Positions 62,896 to 64,000 of a stretch of DNA of 64,000 nt are shown here, in pieces. The notes beneath the pieces are model-generated. The model did no database searches and was not told the origin of the DNA. It was given only the letters and a program-made list of their open reading frames with translations. Origin of the DNA: an uncultured delta proteobacterium (lineage in GTDB: Bacteria > Myxococcota_A > Polyangia > Polyangiales > Polyangiaceae); the NCBI GenBank assembly GCA_963696385.1, contig CAVOKF010000005.1, positions 1,344,001-1,408,000 of the forward strand, in the 5' to 3' direction. Both the position numbers and the translations under genes were made by a program. How positions within the stretch are numbered: the first letter of the stretch is position 1; the number at the start of each line of letters is the position of its first letter.

Positions 62896-63999
62896 TCAGT
62901 GCACATCGCCGACGAGCAGGGCGAACGCGCCGACGAGTACCTCCTCCGGCGAAGCCCCGCCTTGCTGGGCGCTGCCATTCCGATCGATCGAGAAACCGTG
63001 GTCGCCGAAGACGAACAGGAGGGTGTGTGGGACGAGGGTCTCGGCGTGACGCGCGATGACGTCGGCCGTCGCGTCGGCAATCTCGGGGAGCACGCGCATC
63101 ACGGCTCCACGCGCGGAACCGAGACGTGACTCGACGAGGTCGAGCTTGTGGATCTCCCGCGGACCGACGCGCAGCCTGCGTACGTACTCGGCGGTTCGGC
63201 CCCGATGTGGCTCCGCGTCCGCCTCGAGCTCGTCGGGGACACGCAGGGCCTCGACGCCCCTGGCTATCGTTTCGAGCTGGCGCATGGTCGTGGTCGGCAA
63301 TGCACTCCAGAGGAGAAGCTCGTCGGCGAGCACGGCGCGCGAACCGAGCTTTACCGCCAGCCGCTCTTGCACGAGGCGCGACACGTCCCATCGCATCCCG
63401 TCGACCAGCAGCAGTCGCGTCGACCGCGCGCCGTGCAGACGCGCGATTCGCCCCGCCAGATCATGGACCTCGAGAACCATGCGCGGCCGCTTCGTCGTAG
63501 CCGCGAACGTCGCGAATGCGTCCGTGTAGCTCTTGACGAAAGTGTTCCGAAATTCGTCGTGCGCGCCTTTGGCGCGGGGATCGTCGAGTCCGGATGCGAT
63601 CGCGCCGTTGAGCGGCACGTAGCTTTCGGTGAAGAGCTTCTCGAGCACCCCGAGCGGCTGAGGGCCTCGGGCGGCGGAGAGCTGGAGAGCCCACGTCCTC
63701 CATGGTTCGCTCCGATCCCCCTCGGCAGCTGCCGCGCTGCGGATCGAAGGTTCGATCTCCCGATCCGCGTCGACCACGTTTGCAGGCGTCCGATGGGCCG
63801 ATGGTTGCGCGGGGGCCGCCGTCGCAAAACCTTCCGACTGTCCAACGGCGGTGCTGGCGAAGCGGACCGAATCGGCTGCGATGACCTGTTCGAGCGGCAT
63901 CGGGTCGCCGTAGGCTTGGGTCCGAGCGTCGCGTGCATCGAGCAGCACAAGGATCGGCGGATCCGGCGCCGCCTTCGCGAGCCAGCGCAGCGTGGCGCA
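62896..63999 (-). CDS. PglZ/alkaline-phosphatase-superfamily domain protein (5' end beyond window)
   Basis: LLLVDGMRWD, SALPTTT, FGDHGF and QGGASPEEVLV motifs; frame is open to the window edge. Confidence 0.7.
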   Translation of the reverse strand, partial: CATLRWLAKAAPDPPILVLLDARDARTQAYGDPMPLEQVIAADSVRFASTAVGQSEGFATAAPAQPSAHRTPANVVDADREIEPSIRSAAAAEGDRSEPWRTWALQLSAARGPQPLGVLEKLFTESYVPLNGAIASGLDDPRAKGAHDEFRNTFVKSYTDAFATFAATTKRPRMVLEVHDLAGRIARLHGARSTRLLLVDGMRWDVSRLVQERLAVKLGSRAVLADELLLWSALPTTTMRQLETIARGVEALRVPDELEADAEPHRGRTAEYVRRLRVGPREIHKLDLVESRLGSARGAVMRVLPEIADATADVIARHAETLVPHTLLFVFGDHGFSIDRNGSAQQGGASPEEVLVGAFALLVGDVH

Positions 64000-64000
64000 A

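Noticed and set aside
62896..64000. Calling a complete BREX system
   Set aside because: Only a PglZ-like domain is visible; no other brx/pgl genes are in the window.

Overview
High-GC bacterial chromosome segment, most likely Myxococcota (Polyangiaceae/Sorangium-like). This is inferred from PEGA-type Ser/Thr kinases, a zinc-ribbon/GYF_2 protein, many Cys-lipoproteins and a futalosine menaquinone pathway. Most of the window is core genome: mreB, rpmG, a tandem-RRM protein, lolE-like, a ybjN-pspA-P-type ATPase unit, the rimP-nusA-ylxR/ylxQ-infB-ylxP-rbfA operon with a leader terminator, an 8-gene futalosine (mqn) operon, msrA, gap-pgk-tpiA-secG, ftsH, tilS, rlmD-like, mnmA, a FliA-like sigma factor, and a PglZ-domain gene cut by the right edge. 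I saw no rRNA, tRNA, CRISPR array or mobile element. Nine genes carry single-base frameshifts, including the normally essential nusA and tpiA. These are most likely read/assembly errors, and five can be repaired by restoring a GATC. The most notable observations are a previously hidden 'mini-MqnE' lacking the whole radical-SAM core directly upstream of mqnE, an MqnA-MqnC fusion, a SERCA-like pump that has lost its canonical Ca2+ ligands, an orphan PglZ-like phosphatase, and a 62-aa Cys-rich ORF inside an RNA-modification cluster. All calls are from motif recognition by eye; no database searches were run.
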